This document shows, piece after piece, positions 38,369 to 52,600 of a DNA stretch of 64,000 nucleotides (position 1 is its first letter; each line of letters begins with the position of its first letter). The notes under the pieces were generated by a model. That model did no database searches. It was not told where the DNA came from and saw nothing but the letters and a program-made list of their open reading frames with translations. The DNA is from Acanthaster planci. Taxonomy: Eukaryota. A program made the position numbers and the translations under genes. The DNA lies in the NCBI RefSeq assembly GCF_001949145.1, contig NW_019091355.1:3950646-4014645 (forward strand), in the 5' to 3' direction.

Positions 38369-39159
38369 GTTATAAAGACAGAAGTGGCCGGGGGTGATAT
38401 TTGGAGGGACTCCCTAAAATGAGTGCAAAAATACGTACATTTCGGGGCGTTGACAATTGGAATGGTACCAGCCCCCAGAAAGAACTCTGGTCAGTATTAA
38501 CAACTCCATTAAATTTAACATGATAAATAATATAAATCAATATTAAGAGATTGCTATACCTTAATGAGGCATCCACTGAGTGCTAATCATTCCTGGTACT
38601 GGTTCTGTACACATGCACGAATTCCAGCAACTGCCGGCTGCATACCCGAGCTACACCCCCTAGAACCCAGGTGGCAAGCCCAAAAACCAGGCTAATGCAA
38701 TGAGCAGAGCCCCGAGAAAGGTTCCATGCGATGTGGCCGTCTGTAACGTGGACAGTCCGCAAGATGTGAAGACGCAGACACGAACGGAAGAAATGGTGCA
38801 TGGCATCATTCCTCCCAAAAATTAAAACAAAATGGCGTCAGAAACTCCTTGATTTTTTTCCAGAAAATACCCTTTTAGATTGACTGTACCGCGTCATGAT
38901 GCCAAACCTGTCTTCCAGTTTCATGCACTTCGTTGATGGTCTGCTATTTAGTTGTTGACAGGGCATCTTATAGGCCCTGCTAATTCACGCTTTGTACAGA
39001 GTACAATTAAAAGAATGCGTTTGCCGCAGAGTGGGAACAGCTGCTGAAAGTTTACGGTGGCGAATAACTCAATGAGATACAACAAAGGCGCCTTTCCAGA
39101 TGTACGTTTTTTGGGTGTGTTGCGTACACAGTGCGTTCATGCGCCATAATGCTGTAAAG

Positions 39160-39779
39160 CATAGACTTGCTGAGGTCAATGTGTATAAATGTATCAATGA
39201 TAAGCTGCCACTGTATTTTAAATCATACTTTAAACTTACCTCAAATGTTCACTCATATCATACCAGAAGTACCTCTCCAAAGAAATTATATGTTGATACC
39301 AATGGAACTTCATGACACAAAAACAGTCTTGTACAATGTGGTGTCCAATACTGGAACAGCCTAAATGAAACTATAAAAGCAGCGCCCACTTTATTAACAT
39401 TTGCTCTTAAGTTGAAAAATCTAATACTTTCTGAATACATCACCTGTACCCACTAGAATTGTATTTTGATGCATTGTATTATCTCCTGCCTGTCAGTGTT
39501 TGTCCGTATGTGTATCATTGCCAAAAACATTTTCATGTCTTGTATTGTCCTATGTTATAATATGTATGTCTGTCAATAGGTTAGGGTACAAAGGCAAATT
39601 TATGCTTCACCCTTTACCTAGATGTTGTTCTTTAACGTGTGCTTTGTCTTTCTGCTTGACATTGTACATTCTAAGGCGAACTATTGTAAAACTTAATTCA
39701 TCTTCTACTCAGTAACCATGGTATGAACAACATTAAATAAACGTCTGTCAAAAAAAAACAACAAAAAACAAACAAAAAA
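39160..39779 (+). mobile_element. 5'-truncated LINE (CR1/L2-group-like) 3' end
   Basis: Degenerate ORF2 C-terminus (VYKCINDKLPLYF...HSYHTRS...GVQYWNSL...IK...F...LK) followed by a 3' UTR, AATAAA and an A-rich tail at about 39750-39779. Confidence 0.7.
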
Positions 39780-42700
39780 TGGCCTTGGAACCGTAGCTCG
39801 CACGCCTGGCAGAAATTTACCCACAGTGCTCTGCGCCTCGGTAGCCGCCACCCCGTGTGAAGTTTCCCTCACTAAAATCTGTGCAGAGCCATCAGCCCTT
39901 CCAAGAGCCCTGTTCAGGCGCCATATAGGCGACGAGCGCAGTGTACATTACAGCATGCAGCTGTTATGCACTATTGTGTATTCATGTGCATCGACGCATA
40001 ATCCGCCATTTTGGTTCCAACAAGGAAGACATTCATGTCGCAACTCTCTCTGGCCGCGTTTGTTTCACAAGGATCTGTCATTGGTTTACGTACACCAAAC
40101 CCGCATAGTGGATGGTGCGGACCAGCGTTAGGATCACTGATCGAGGTCCAGATCGGTGTGAAACAAACGGGCTCTCTATCGACATCTCTGCCACGGTCAG
40201 CCGTCTATCTGCAGTAGGGCTAAGAGAGTCTTCTTCGCCAATGAATTTTGATCCCATGCGGTATAGGTCGGATTGGTGACACTGCTACAGTAAAAAAAAA
40301 AGTATTCGAATTGTACTGTTCAAACATCTTCCATCTTCTTGCATACCCTTTTACTTGAACGTCTTTGAAATTGCGACAAAATCAGGCTATCTGTAAGTCC
40401 TAAGGGCGAAGCGTGGTGATTTTCACACTGTAAGCCTATCACAGGTGGTTCCAGTCCACAAGACGAAAATCACCGATTGTTTGCCATTAGGATTTAGCGT
40501 AACGAGTTTATAATCAACTAGGTATGATTCCCTCAATGTTTCAAACTGACTACGTAAAGATTTGACACACATGTTGTCCTTCGTTCAGAGTCCCTTTGTT
40601 CAAGAATATTGAAAGATGTTGGACTGGTTCCATCTGCGTGTCACTCAAGAGGCACGTGGGTTCTAGATCCTACATGAAGCACCCCGGACCTTCCAGAGCT
40701 GATTTATTGACGGTAGCTTCGCCGTATATTACGCAAAGAATATTGAAACCGATACGGCTTGTCTTTCAGGGATCCGTGCCAGCATGCTGCCCCCGACCCC
40801 CGGGAAAATTGAGCTGATCGTGAACCCGGGTCTCCTCGAATGACGTCGGCACGCTCAGCTCCATCACATCACACCGACGCTGTCGCCAAGACATCGCAGG
40901 CAATAAACAGACTCACTTGTTTGGTTAATTTATTTTTTTCTCTGAAAGTATACATTGTTCTCTTGTCCTGAAGTGAACTGTTTTTCTTGAGATTTTGTGC
41001 GATATTAAGAAGAAAAGCCCACGCAGGTTTACCCACCGAATGCATACCTTGAGAGGCGGTTCCTTCCTCAATTTCATTTTAATACAAATTAAGTGATGCA
41101 CTTTCAATTTCGTGTTTGCGGCATCATATCTTATTTTGTCTGGCCTTGAAATGAATGGGTGTGCGTGTCGTTCGGCACACAGATCACATGACACCAGACC
41201 ACACCGGCCGGATTTTGGCAACTGTTTGGGGTATAATTCACCCCGGGAATTGACTCAGTCACGACAAGGAACGGAAAAAACATCCTACTTTCTTATTAAC
41301 CCTGAATCCATAAAGTACGAATGTCGTAATTAATCAAATTGTTTTAACTGCGCCTTCCTCTTTCCGAGAACACATTCAACACACGAAAACAACAGAACTA
41401 CATCCGCCAACCGGAAACAAACGTGCACATAGCGTCATTGTCAGTGATGGTTGACCTAAAAACTATTGGAGTTTTTCTGCAGAATTAGGCTTTATTTCAT
41501 TTTCTGGACCAAACCTATGACTTGCGTAAGGTTTTGTTTGTTTTTTCTTTTTTCTTTTTCTTTTTTGTGGTTTCACTGATAACTTGCAATATCTTGTTTT
41601 AGTGATAAAAAGAGAACAGAGAAACTTCCCCTGTTGAAATATCGGACTACACTTCCCCCTCCCCCCCAAAAAAGAGAGAGAAAAAATTCTCTCCTATACA
41701 AGTCTGATTACCGCAGCGTATTTGTGTTTTTAAAAATTTCGAAGCCCGGCCTGCTCAGGCCCAGTGCACGATGTCACGTACCACGTCGGCCACAATGAAG
41801 AGCGCCCTCAATAAAAAATATACAGCCCCAATAATTACGTTTCAGTGAGTGGTTAATAGATGCAGGATGATTGGGGAAGGAAATGGTGGGCTTTCGCAAT
41901 CAGAAATAAACCTGAACCCATCTGCGTGCGCTAGTGGCTGAAATTCAAACCTAAGGCCCGAATGAAACAGAACTCGGTTTGACAAGTCTCACTGGGCGCC
42001 CATGAATCACACAACATACTTATCCCGGGCTACCTAGGGTCTGATATCCAGTCAACACAATAATGCGGGGGAGGATCCATTGTGGGTTGATCGTCCCATA
42101 GAGCTCTATGATATTCTGTTGATTGTTGTTGGTATCTTAACCTTGACATGAGGGGGTGGGGAGGGTACGGGGTTTGGGTTTGGGGTGGGGCGGTGTTCCC
42201 CATTGTTTGTTGTGTGGTTCATGTGGAAGGGAGGACGGCCGGCAACGTGCCAAACGAAGGTAGAGAAACTCTTGGACAGTAACTTTGAACGCTAAGACTG
42301 TGAAACTCAGAGAGGAAGCTCTGCATGTACGTGTACTTACAACCAAACGGTATTGGGAGATTGAAATATGTTCTCACGAGTTTTATGCTTTGGATTAAAC
42401 TCCCACGAGATGAGTTTGCTCCGCCGATCGCCTGCTGAAAGCTTGTGCCCAAAATAAGCTTAACTTTCAATTCAAACACAGGTGAATTTGTCATTGATTA
42501 ACCAACAACCCCCCCAAGAAAAAAATACACCATGGCAACGATTCATCCCAGAATCAGAGGACATTTTTACACAATGTGGAACAATTTGTAACATGCAATT
42601 AAAAAATAGCACTTATATTTAGGAATCTTTTGGAAAGCGCATAATTCGTTTGCCTGATAAAATAATGCATTTGCTTTGAATGTAGGTACCACAATGTAAC

Positions 42701-43217
42701 AGCAACAAGACAGAGATTAATGTTGAATGTTTTTCGTTACACTAAAGGTAAAATTTTCTCACGAGATTACCAATTATCAATTCTCTTATGGTAGAATAAA
42801 CGTGCAATATCTCTTGTGTAGTGCCTTATTGTTTTGTTTGAGTTTACTTTGCTTTCTGTTTGCTTTTTAATGTATTGCTTGCTTTCCTCCTTTTGGTCAG
42901 TTGCGAATAAAAAAGTGACTGTTCTGCTCAAATTCAAGTATTTACCAAGTATTCCAGATTCACGCAAAGTTAACCCACTTTTTACATAAATATCATCCTT
43001 TATACTTGTAGAAATCTTTTCGCTGAGAACAGCGCGCGCGAAAGCCATTCCGTCGGTCCCTTTTCAGGCTTTGCACAACTCGGAGACTGTAACTCGTCAA
43101 CTGAGTTTGTTGTTGAGCTAAGATTACTTGGAACTCTCTTTTAATATACCCATCCCATCAGCTCCATCCCAACCCCGTCACTTTCCATCATTTTAAGGTT
43201 TTCTCGGTTGGGAGCTG

Positions 43218-43394
43218 AAGGCCGGTTCATACATCACGCGAAAGCGAACACATATTAATTAATGCGAATTTGTGACGTCAGATCGAATTCGCAAAAGTTG
43301 AAGACATTTCAACTCGAGCGAACTTTTGCTACAAACCTTTCGTGGCGTCAAATTCGCTTCACTTTCGCATTGGCCCGTAGTATGAACCGGTCTT
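43218..43394. mobile_element. MITE with 15-bp terminal inverted repeats
   Basis: AAGGCCGGTTCATAC / GTATGAACCGGTCTT match 14/15, with internal inverted matches (GCGAAAG/CTTTCGC and GCGAATTTG/CAAATTCGC). No clean target-site duplication. Confidence 0.7.
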
Positions 43395-44497
43395 TACTAA
43401 AACTTGAGCAAAGCAGGACCTTAGATGAGGTTCGATAACCCAGGCACTGGAGCTGAAGCTCAGGAGGAATTTCTGCGGCCTAGACGGCCCAAATGTCTCT
43501 GGCAAGTTGGTTCAAGCGGAACAGTTTCTAATGTAACAAACATTCAAGCAATTAAGCAGGGCGGTATGTTTCAGGTGGAGACAAGGCATAATGTGTGAGG
43601 AGATGATGACTGTAATTGACCGTAATCTTCGTGGTTTGCTTGGACTGGCGGTTGTGCAAAACAAACACAACCCAAACCACACCCTTGACCGTGTCTTCGG
43701 GCCCTCTTCTGATCCCACCCGAAAGATATCCCCTCAAGCTTCTACAGCATCGCCAAAATAAATACTTGCCTCGCACCACACTTCGGTGTTTACCCTCCCC
43801 GGGCAAATCTCTAACTCTTCTCCCCCGCTCCGCCGCCGGCCGTCTCGTCCCCTCCCTTCCGTTGGTAGTCTGCAGGCGCCCGGCGACTGCCCACAAAAAA
43901 GGAGAGCGAACCCAGACATCGCGGAGAAAGTGCGAGGGACTTCCTTAGCGGGTTAGCAAAAGTCCACAAACAGAGCCGGCAGGGCGGCTCTCTTTGTGCA
44001 GGCCTCCATAGGGTTGACTTTTTTGGGTAATTGTGTTTATTTTGGAAGCGCGAAAATAGCTTGTAATAAGATTCATTACTCTCATGAAGTGAGCGCGGAG
44101 TGATTAGTGGCCATGACTTGTTGTTTCGCGTCTCATCCACTTCTATACAGCGGGTCCTCCTGTCAACTTGGAGGATCCGCGCGATTGAAATAAGAAAATA
44201 CGTAGAGTTGGAATGTAAACTACGTCCTACATTAATCATGATACCTGTCACGGGTCACACCGATTGAATGTAGTTGAGGTTTAATATTTAAGTGAGTTTT
44301 TCTTATCTCAATGACGTGTTCTCAACAGCGACGAGTGTGAGTTTCTGACTCAATGATGAGTGTATAAAACGATTTGCTAAACCACTTCTTTCTGGAATGA
44401 AGTTCATGAAATTAGACAAACTCGCGCCAAAATCACAGCTGATGTATAGAGATACAAGTTCATCACAAGTTGTTGTCACCTTGTTACTTATGACTTA

Positions 44498-44591
44498 TGA
44501 CTGGCCTTGTGAAAGGACTTGTGACTGGCTTTGTGAAGGGACTTGTGACTGGACTTGTGAAGGGACTTGTGACTGGACTTGTGAAGGACTC
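44498..44591. repeat. Minisatellite, 24-bp unit x4 (TGACTGGACTTGTGAAGGGACTTG)
   Basis: Directly visible tandem units. Related 12-bp CACAAGACCAGT-type units occur at 783-800 and in inverted arrangement at 17791-17938. Confidence 0.85.
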
Positions 44592-46494
44592 GAATAACGC
44601 TGCTCCCCAACATCACGATCGCTGAATTACCGCACCCTCTATGGGTGCATAACCCCTTTTTATTTCAATAAATGAACAACTCCAGTGCATTATGTGATAT
44701 TACAAATCCCACTTTAGGGCAGGGAGGGGTAAACAAACTTTCCGGTCCTTATCAGCCGGTAAGAGCTACCGGAGACGTGTTCATGATAATGCTGTAGTGT
44801 AATAATCCAATCACCCGCAGACTGTTACAAAATGAGAGCGGCTGTATCAAAGCCTCGCTGGCACGAAAAACATCTCAGATTCCCAGGCTTCAGCGCCCGC
44901 TTGATACTACCCTAGACGGCAAGAGCGAAAAGGTCGCAACAACAATGGCCCGGTATAATCTATTGTTTCAGGCCGATGATATTCATGATAGCTAGTTCCC
45001 CGTGATTGGGAATTGGGGCGTGAAACGTTGCCAACATCAAACCCGGCACCAGTCTATACACAAGACATTATACGCTCTGAAATCAAGCTTCATTTGCTCC
45101 AGCGCGCTTCATCAGCGCTAAATGAAGCGGAAATTGGACATGGAAAAAAGTACATGGCCAAAAAAACCCGCATGGACGTCAACTTGACGCGCACTGCATG
45201 CAGCAAAAAAGACACGAATAGAGGCCACTGTAAATGATTTTCGTCATTGTATGTGGCCACGAACTTGGATGAAGTTGAAAAGTTCAGGTTCGAATCAGTT
45301 CAGTATTTTCAAAATATATTGCATCATATTGTAATCACTTCGAGAACTGTTTTGGAGACAGAACTATCAAGGCCATCTAATGCTCAGTTGCAACTTGCAC
45401 TGTGGCGTCTCTTAGGATGTTGTAACCACTCCAGACAGTTTTTGAACGAAGATGGTAATCCATTTAAATTATACATAGTCAAGTAGTGTTATTTTCTTTG
45501 CGATGCTCAGACCCTGACCTAGATTTATTAAGTTGAATCCGACCATAGCGTCCTTTTTCTTTCGAAACGAGACATTTGGTCAGTCCACTCACGCCTAAAG
45601 ATCTGTTTCGTACATATCAGGATGCGATTTGCTCAATGGGAGAGAATATCGGCACATAATCATTTCCGACACTTCTCAAAGTTGAAGTTGATTAATACCG
45701 TCCAGTTGACGATACACACACGTACGCCACGTCCGCAAGTACAAGATTGAACATAGAACTGCCATGTAGGAAATGCCAAGTCTAGTTAAACTCTTTGCTG
45801 AGCTGAGAGTGGTTAGTCTCAGAGGACTACGGTATTCGTGTGCGGGATTTTTCCCCTGATTCCGAATGGGTTGGAGGCCAGTAAAGTGGTCCCCATATTG
45901 CCTGTTCCGACCGAGTCATGAATCGCACGTCCTTCATTTTGATCCCATGTTAAGGGGTATTATGGTCCGCCAACCAGTGGGATAAAAAGGGTCCCAGTTC
46001 TGTAGTTGCGAGCTTGAGCTCGGTGGGCTTTCATTCAAGGTAATTCAGAATGAAACTGTCCCAGAGAATTGATTTTTTTTATGCAACAGAGGCGAGGGGA
46101 TGTTTCTTTTTAGTGGAATTGGGCAGAGGGCTTTGGAAATACTTCTGGGGTGATCATTTTTGCACTCCACTCAAAAGTTATCAGAAACATTAAAAGAGAA
46201 AGTGAAAGATGACAGCCAAAGCTAATGTTTGCTTCACGTGTATTTAATGTTGGACGCCTTGAAGTATTCAGGATGTTTTCCTGATTTTTTTATCAAGTGA
46301 GGGTGGTAATCTTTTTTGTTTATGGCCGCAACCCCCAGAGAGTCCCAACCCCAAACAATGGATGATAAACTTGCTTGCTTTGCTGAATATTCTGCTTATT
46401 GATACCCTTTGAGAACTGTTAGTAGAAAAAAATGGGACTTTGATCGATTGTCAGTGTAAGCAAATGCCTCGATCAAATGTTGTGAGGTCCTAGC

Positions 46495-46691
46495 CGCCTC
46501 GAGCAGAAGCAGCCCTCCTCCTCGGTTGAACAGAGCCGTGTTGGTGGGAATGTTCATTTTGCTGGTAGCCCCCCGCCCCCGCAACTTGTGCATTTCATAG
46601 TCGTTCGTGAACCAGCGAAGTGCAGTCCCCATCAAAGGAGCCTCTGTTGCCACGACAATTGCACCGTTTCTTGGTCCAGCTCGGGGTTCAT
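46495..46691 (+). repeat. Dispersed repeat family A, copy 4
   Basis: Same block order as 25770-25964. Confidence 0.8.
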
Positions 46692-49600
46692 GTTAAAACT
46701 TGAAGCTCCCCGCTGTGCTTCACTCGATTTAATTTAAAGTTTAATCGATGGCTAAACTGTGGGAGTTCTACGAAGACAGAACTGCTCTGGAAACGTCGAA
46801 ATTCTGACTCGTATAATGGCAATAAAAATAACTTTACATACAACGTTTTTTATATTAGCTCTTCACGCCAATCAAGAACACACTCGAAGTGAAGGCATCC
46901 TTGGTTGGCTCTGTTCACGCTGTCTTTCCTCGTATAGGCCTACATAAAAACCACAGAGATGTGGAAAAGTTTTCGCAAAGCCGTTCAGTCTGATCAGAAG
47001 CAGGAAAAGTCTATTTCCGGAGTCCCACCACAAGCCGTCTTATACTTTCCTCGTTGTTGTTTGCGAACAAGGATACCAATCAACGCGCCAAAACTTACAA
47101 GTAGATTTGATTGCCCATTGTTTGTTAACCGGATAAACAGAGCGAAGAGCCGACCGTTAGAGGAGTGTGGAGGTCGGCCTGTCGGCCAGGCCAAAAGGGG
47201 GACAAAATGTAACTTTCGGATGATCGCGGTAAAAATCACAAATGAAAAGAGGAAGTTTACCGACGGCTCACGCAACAAAAAAGACGGATCGCACAACCGA
47301 CGCTCAAGTGTTGCAGCGGAAATTGGGCTGTGTTTGCAAGAAAAAGGCTCTTATTTCGAGCATTTCGTCAAACTCTGATCGAAGAAAATCCTGTTCTGGG
47401 CAACAATTCCGCATCGTGAGCTGCATCCACTGAGGAATCTAGAATCCGGACCTTGCTCGAGCTCGTCCAGTCGACAACCGGATTCTGGTAATTGCTAGGC
47501 TTTAGAGCATTCGAGAAACTTTTTCCAACCTGTCCGATATCGCAATTTGAATGCAGTGTAATACCCCCGACAATTTCTTGCCCATTCATTGACAACAAAA
47601 CACAACAATCTCATCACATTTTGATAATGCACACCATGACTGTTCTGTCGACTGTAGATGACTGATGTCATAAACTAATACACCCAACATGATGAGTATA
47701 CAAACTTTTTGTACACCTTAACATAAAAACAAACAATCCAAGATCAAAACGACCTACTTTGTCTAGACAAACTGTCGATACCTCAAGCTCCTAAAATGCC
47801 GACATCGCTGCGTACTATTTAGATCCGATCTTGGTCCTCCGAAGGCCGGCTGTCAGATGAAGAGGGTGAGGGGAAAGACGATCGTGACGGTATGCCACAT
47901 GAGGCAATTAACACTCAGCGTGAAGGCCGGGCGGCACGGCGGTACGCTCTAAAAGAGACAAGGGGGCTGGCCAGCGTTGGGGCACGGCGAAGATTACCGA
48001 TGTACCGGCACCACGGGGTCTTCTCAGGGAGACTGACCGGGATGGGGGAGGAGTGGTGTACAGGTGTTCAGGTGGGATCGTTCTATCGCGACAATTCAGT
48101 TGATTCGAGATAGTTTTGGCGAAGATTTTCGTGGTTTCAGTAAGATGGGAGCTGCTGAACCCTCGCTCAGTCCATGCTAATTGGTCGAAATCGTTTTGCC
48201 ATCATTGAATTTTCTTGAGACTATATTGGTTGATCCACTGAACTAGATTTGGGTACATCATTCATGATTATTTGTTCTGTTTGTGTGAGCTGGGGGAAAT
48301 TCCTCTATTGACACATACAAAAATACTGAATTGTATGCCCTTTCTCTATTAAAGGTTCATTGATTCGGGGTTAATCACCAACATCCATTCAATATTTCAG
48401 ATTTATGTGAACTCCGCATTCACACCTATACAGGTTGCTAAATTCTCTTATGTACAGGACCGGAAGTATTAATTGGTCCCGATTCCCCGCAATCAGTCAC
48501 TTTCACGCCTGATTACGCTCTTGTGTATGGGAAACCATATCTTGGACTGATGTGAGGTCTCGTCTAAGTTACAAGCCCTCGATCGTGCGTCGTGCCTCCA
48601 AAGTGTTGAGGTAGGCATTTGGCTCACCGCAGAAAAAGAGGAACCCGATAGTGCACCCAAAGACTGTTCTGGTCCAGCCTGGCAGAAGCCAGGAGATAAT
48701 CCTCTAGGTAAATCTCCCCCCGGAATGGTGGGCATTTTGATGCGGTTAATCCCCGACGGTTCAATCTTCCCTGAGCGCGCGGTGTGCCGTGATTGTTGAT
48801 CTAGTGAACCGCCAACAATGAAGTGACTTCCGTTCGTTCTCTTCTACTCGCAAAGCCGCGTCGACGGGGGAAATAATGGGTACATGAATGTATTACCACA
48901 ATATGCAAAGATCATAACATTAGAGATAAACTCTTCAGTTAAAACAGACAGAATTATAATTTGAATCCATATGTATACAAAATAATGTCACAGAATCTCG
49001 TTTCAAGTAAAAATCACTCTTCCCGGCACAATTTGCGTTTTGCTTTCCCCGTTTTCCCCGTATTAATCTTTTCCACTGCTATCCAGTTCTCCGATGGGTG
49101 ACAAAAACTAATTCGTTTCGGAACTCAAATGGCACATAAGGACCATCGTATATTGATAAAGAATTATGAACGTTTTTGATAGTGATTACATAAATTGAAC
49201 GAGTTTTTAGAGAATTATATCATAGAAATATAACTTGAGTTCTCCCAATTGGTGCACCCAATCTACGCTATTTCAACTCAAGAAGTCATGATGCACTATG
49301 CAACTATTCCCTTATAATTTGTGTCTATGTTTTGCGTTCTGACATCAGCACAGGAAGTGGTAGCGATCTTCTCAACAGATGTCGATAAACGGGTTCAAGA
49401 TATCCGCAGCTGATTTTCCTCTCATTACTCGACACTGAGTACAGTTGAGTCACGCGGGAGCAAGGTTGCCGCAATACTGATGTAAATTGAGAGGGGGTGT
49501 CTTCCCACTTGTCCTCGTTGAGCAGGTGGAATCGAGACGGTACGAGGATTCACCGATTCCTCGAAACCTCCGCATCACTTGAGACACGAGGGATTCCTCT

Positions 49601-52600
49601 CTCTTCGTGCGGGACGCTCGCCCGACTGAGCGGGCTTGCCAGGTGACTCATCGGTCGCTCCTCGGTACAGTCTTGCCGGGTGGGCTGTTACCAGACATCC
49701 TTCAAAGACGAGGTCGTTCTAAAACTATTAGCCTACTAGCCTTTGCCCAAATTTCAGGCCTATAGTTTTAAACCTCAAACATCACTAGGTATAGTATTAC
49801 TTTAATGACGTAATTTTCACACTGATATGTCAAAATCTGGAGGGTTCTGATTGCAGTAAAATTAATCCAAGTAATCAAGGAATAATTTTCGCAGGTCCAA
49901 AGAAAGGGAAGGGAGGACTTTAAGTTTGTCGTGCAATTTCTGCCTTAATTCGAATAATACGGTCGTGGGGATGGGTGTGATGGAGGAAACAACTAGCCCG
50001 AGGGCTTCCCAGGGATGGCAGGGATCGATAGACATCAGAAATCAGCGTTTTCCACCCTTTCGTATATTTTCTTGACTCCACTGTATGATCTTTTCCCTTC
50101 GTTTCCGGTTACCAGATAGCCTTGAGGTGCGCCTTTTGAGGGATATCCCACCCACATTCTATAAATATCTATTAACCACCATATGACTCAGCATTGATCA
50201 ACTTCAGTTTATTTTATTAACTATTAAACTGCGTGTGTGTCACTGTCGCTTTGTCTACCTCTTTATTTATATCGGCAGGAAGTTCAAAGTGATCCCATTC
50301 ACAATTAACCACCGCTTTGGACACCACAACTCATGCCCTCCTCGACTTCACCAAGACCAAAATCCACTGGGTAACCAGCTTCACCCCAGGCACTCCCTAC
50401 AAATGTTCCTAGCTCTATGATACAATACATTGAGCTCAAAAAAATAACTTTTACAACCATAGTCACAGAAGAGGCCTGACCTTTGTAGATGCACTTTTAA
50501 ACATTTCTGAAACTTGCCCCACCCGACGGATTTTTGAGTAAGGCTTTTGATATCTTGTCTCCTCCAACATCATGTTGAATAAGCTCGAAGCCGCATTCAC
50601 CTTTTAACCCCCCCCCCGAAAGCTGGATTCGCCGCTGGTAAATCACGCCCTTGGGTTTTCTGAGGAGGAAATCTCAGTGTAAATTGTGACCTCACGCATC
50701 TGTACACAAATCTTTCGATCTGAAGACCGAACCTCAGGAGAAAAGTGCCACGGTGGAACTTGCAAAAAATGATTAAGTTCAAATTTGGAATGAAGATGAA
50801 AAGGAGATAATTGGAAAATAAAAGTAAGCGCCAGAACAGTTAACACCTCTGAAAAGAATGAAGATCAAGTTCAGTCGTTAAAACCCATTTCAGGAGAAGC
50901 TTTCCTAGTTTACGCCAGCCCAATCGTCTGTTGATTTTGCACACACGCAGAGCTAGTAAGAGGAATTTTCCTTAACAACTCAGGTGACGTCATCAAAACA
51001 ACTTGGGACACACGAGCGGTTGGCACGCACAGGCCGAGAGCGGGCACACAAGATCTTAGCACCCGGCATCCGAGGCTAGTCGATCATAATCTCGGGTAAC
51101 AAGGTCGGAGCAGGACGTACACAATTCGGCTCTCAGGCTCAGAAGTTGCACCTGTGTGTTTTTGCATGTGAGCTGCACGTGAACGATAAACCGTTGTCTC
51201 TTTTTTTCTATGGATAGTACCCGCGTAATGTGTAGCAGTGACTTCAAGTTCGTCCCGTCAACATAGATCCTGTTTATCGCCTTTTTTTCCTCCTGAGAGA
51301 GTTCTCAGCGGGAAATACCTGTGGATACCGAAGAGAGATTGGTACTTTTTGACAACAGAGCTTAAGCAGAAGAACATCAAGGTTACCTGCAATACACACA
51401 CACAGCGCGTGGTAAGTACAATGTACATGTACATCCAGCTGAGCCTCATGGATTTCTTACTTCCATAATTTGCATGACTTTTTAATAGCATCTATGAAAC
51501 CGCATGGCACTAGGTATGGTCTTGTGCTGGGTATGTAGTTATCACCCTTGGTCTTTTTTAAAGCTCCGAGGTAGAACGGCATGCTGAGCGGAGTTTGGCA
51601 CCAGTTTCTAAATTATTTTTTTTTAACCAGTTCATGTTTTTATGGTTGGCCTTCCAGCCGCGCGGTGGTATGGTGCGCTGGCTGCGACAATGGACAGGTA
51701 AGTCTGCTAGCCAACCAAAGTGACAAAGTGCCATTGTGGCCCCTTGGTAGGGTGCCCATCCTACTCGTCACATGGCGCTTGTTGGCTCGCCGTCGGCCGT
51801 CAATGAAACACTTCCTATTTAATCGCCCTAATACCCTTGCCGCTGCATTAGCGATTGTGGCCAAGTTGACTTTTCTTATCTTTTCATCGATCTGCAAATC
51901 TCTACGTGGGAAAGGATCCTCTTCTGAACGGTGTTAGCTTGTCTTTCCTTTATCGCCCTGCGCTAAAAAATAATTTTCGTCCCCACAAGCTGCTATTTCG
52001 TCGCCTTTTCCTAGTTTGCCATTGTAGATTTAATAATCATCGCAAAGCATCATGGTCAACCGTATATATATAAACTTCGTCATTGCTAAATTGGAAAAAA
52101 ATGTGGGCAAAATCAGTGCCCATCTGAATACATGTATTTTGAACTTCAAATACAGCTACCGATGGGTATTAATAAGATCAAGGAGGATGGGAGGATGTCT
52201 TCGAAACCAAGAACACTCCTTAGTTCCTGTATACTTAAATATACTTAACCGTACGCATGGCTGAATCGAATCTTGCAGGGTTGAAAAGACAGACCATTTC
52301 GTTGGCCATTCGGCTGTTGGCGGAAGTCCCAATTAACTTACAGGTTGATTGGCAGGTTACTCTCCAGACATTTTACCTTCTTACTGCCAACATGAATAGG
52401 TTTTAGGGCAGAGAAGTCTATTACAACGATCGATAGCTGCTCAAATTGCCCTCTCCCAAGTTGTGCGACAAAACGGAGAGTCTTTAAGTGCACGGATGCT
52501 TAAAGTTAACCGCTGTAATCCGGTTTGCCCCGCTGTCTTTAAGAACCCCCTTTTAAAAACTTCATCTCAAACGGAGATATATATTACCAGAGAAAAGTGG

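Noticed and set aside
44397..44597. ORF with repeated CDWTCEGT peptide; also looks like a short CRISPR-type array
   Set aside because: It is the translation of a 24-bp minisatellite. There are no unique spacers, no cas genes and no splice context.
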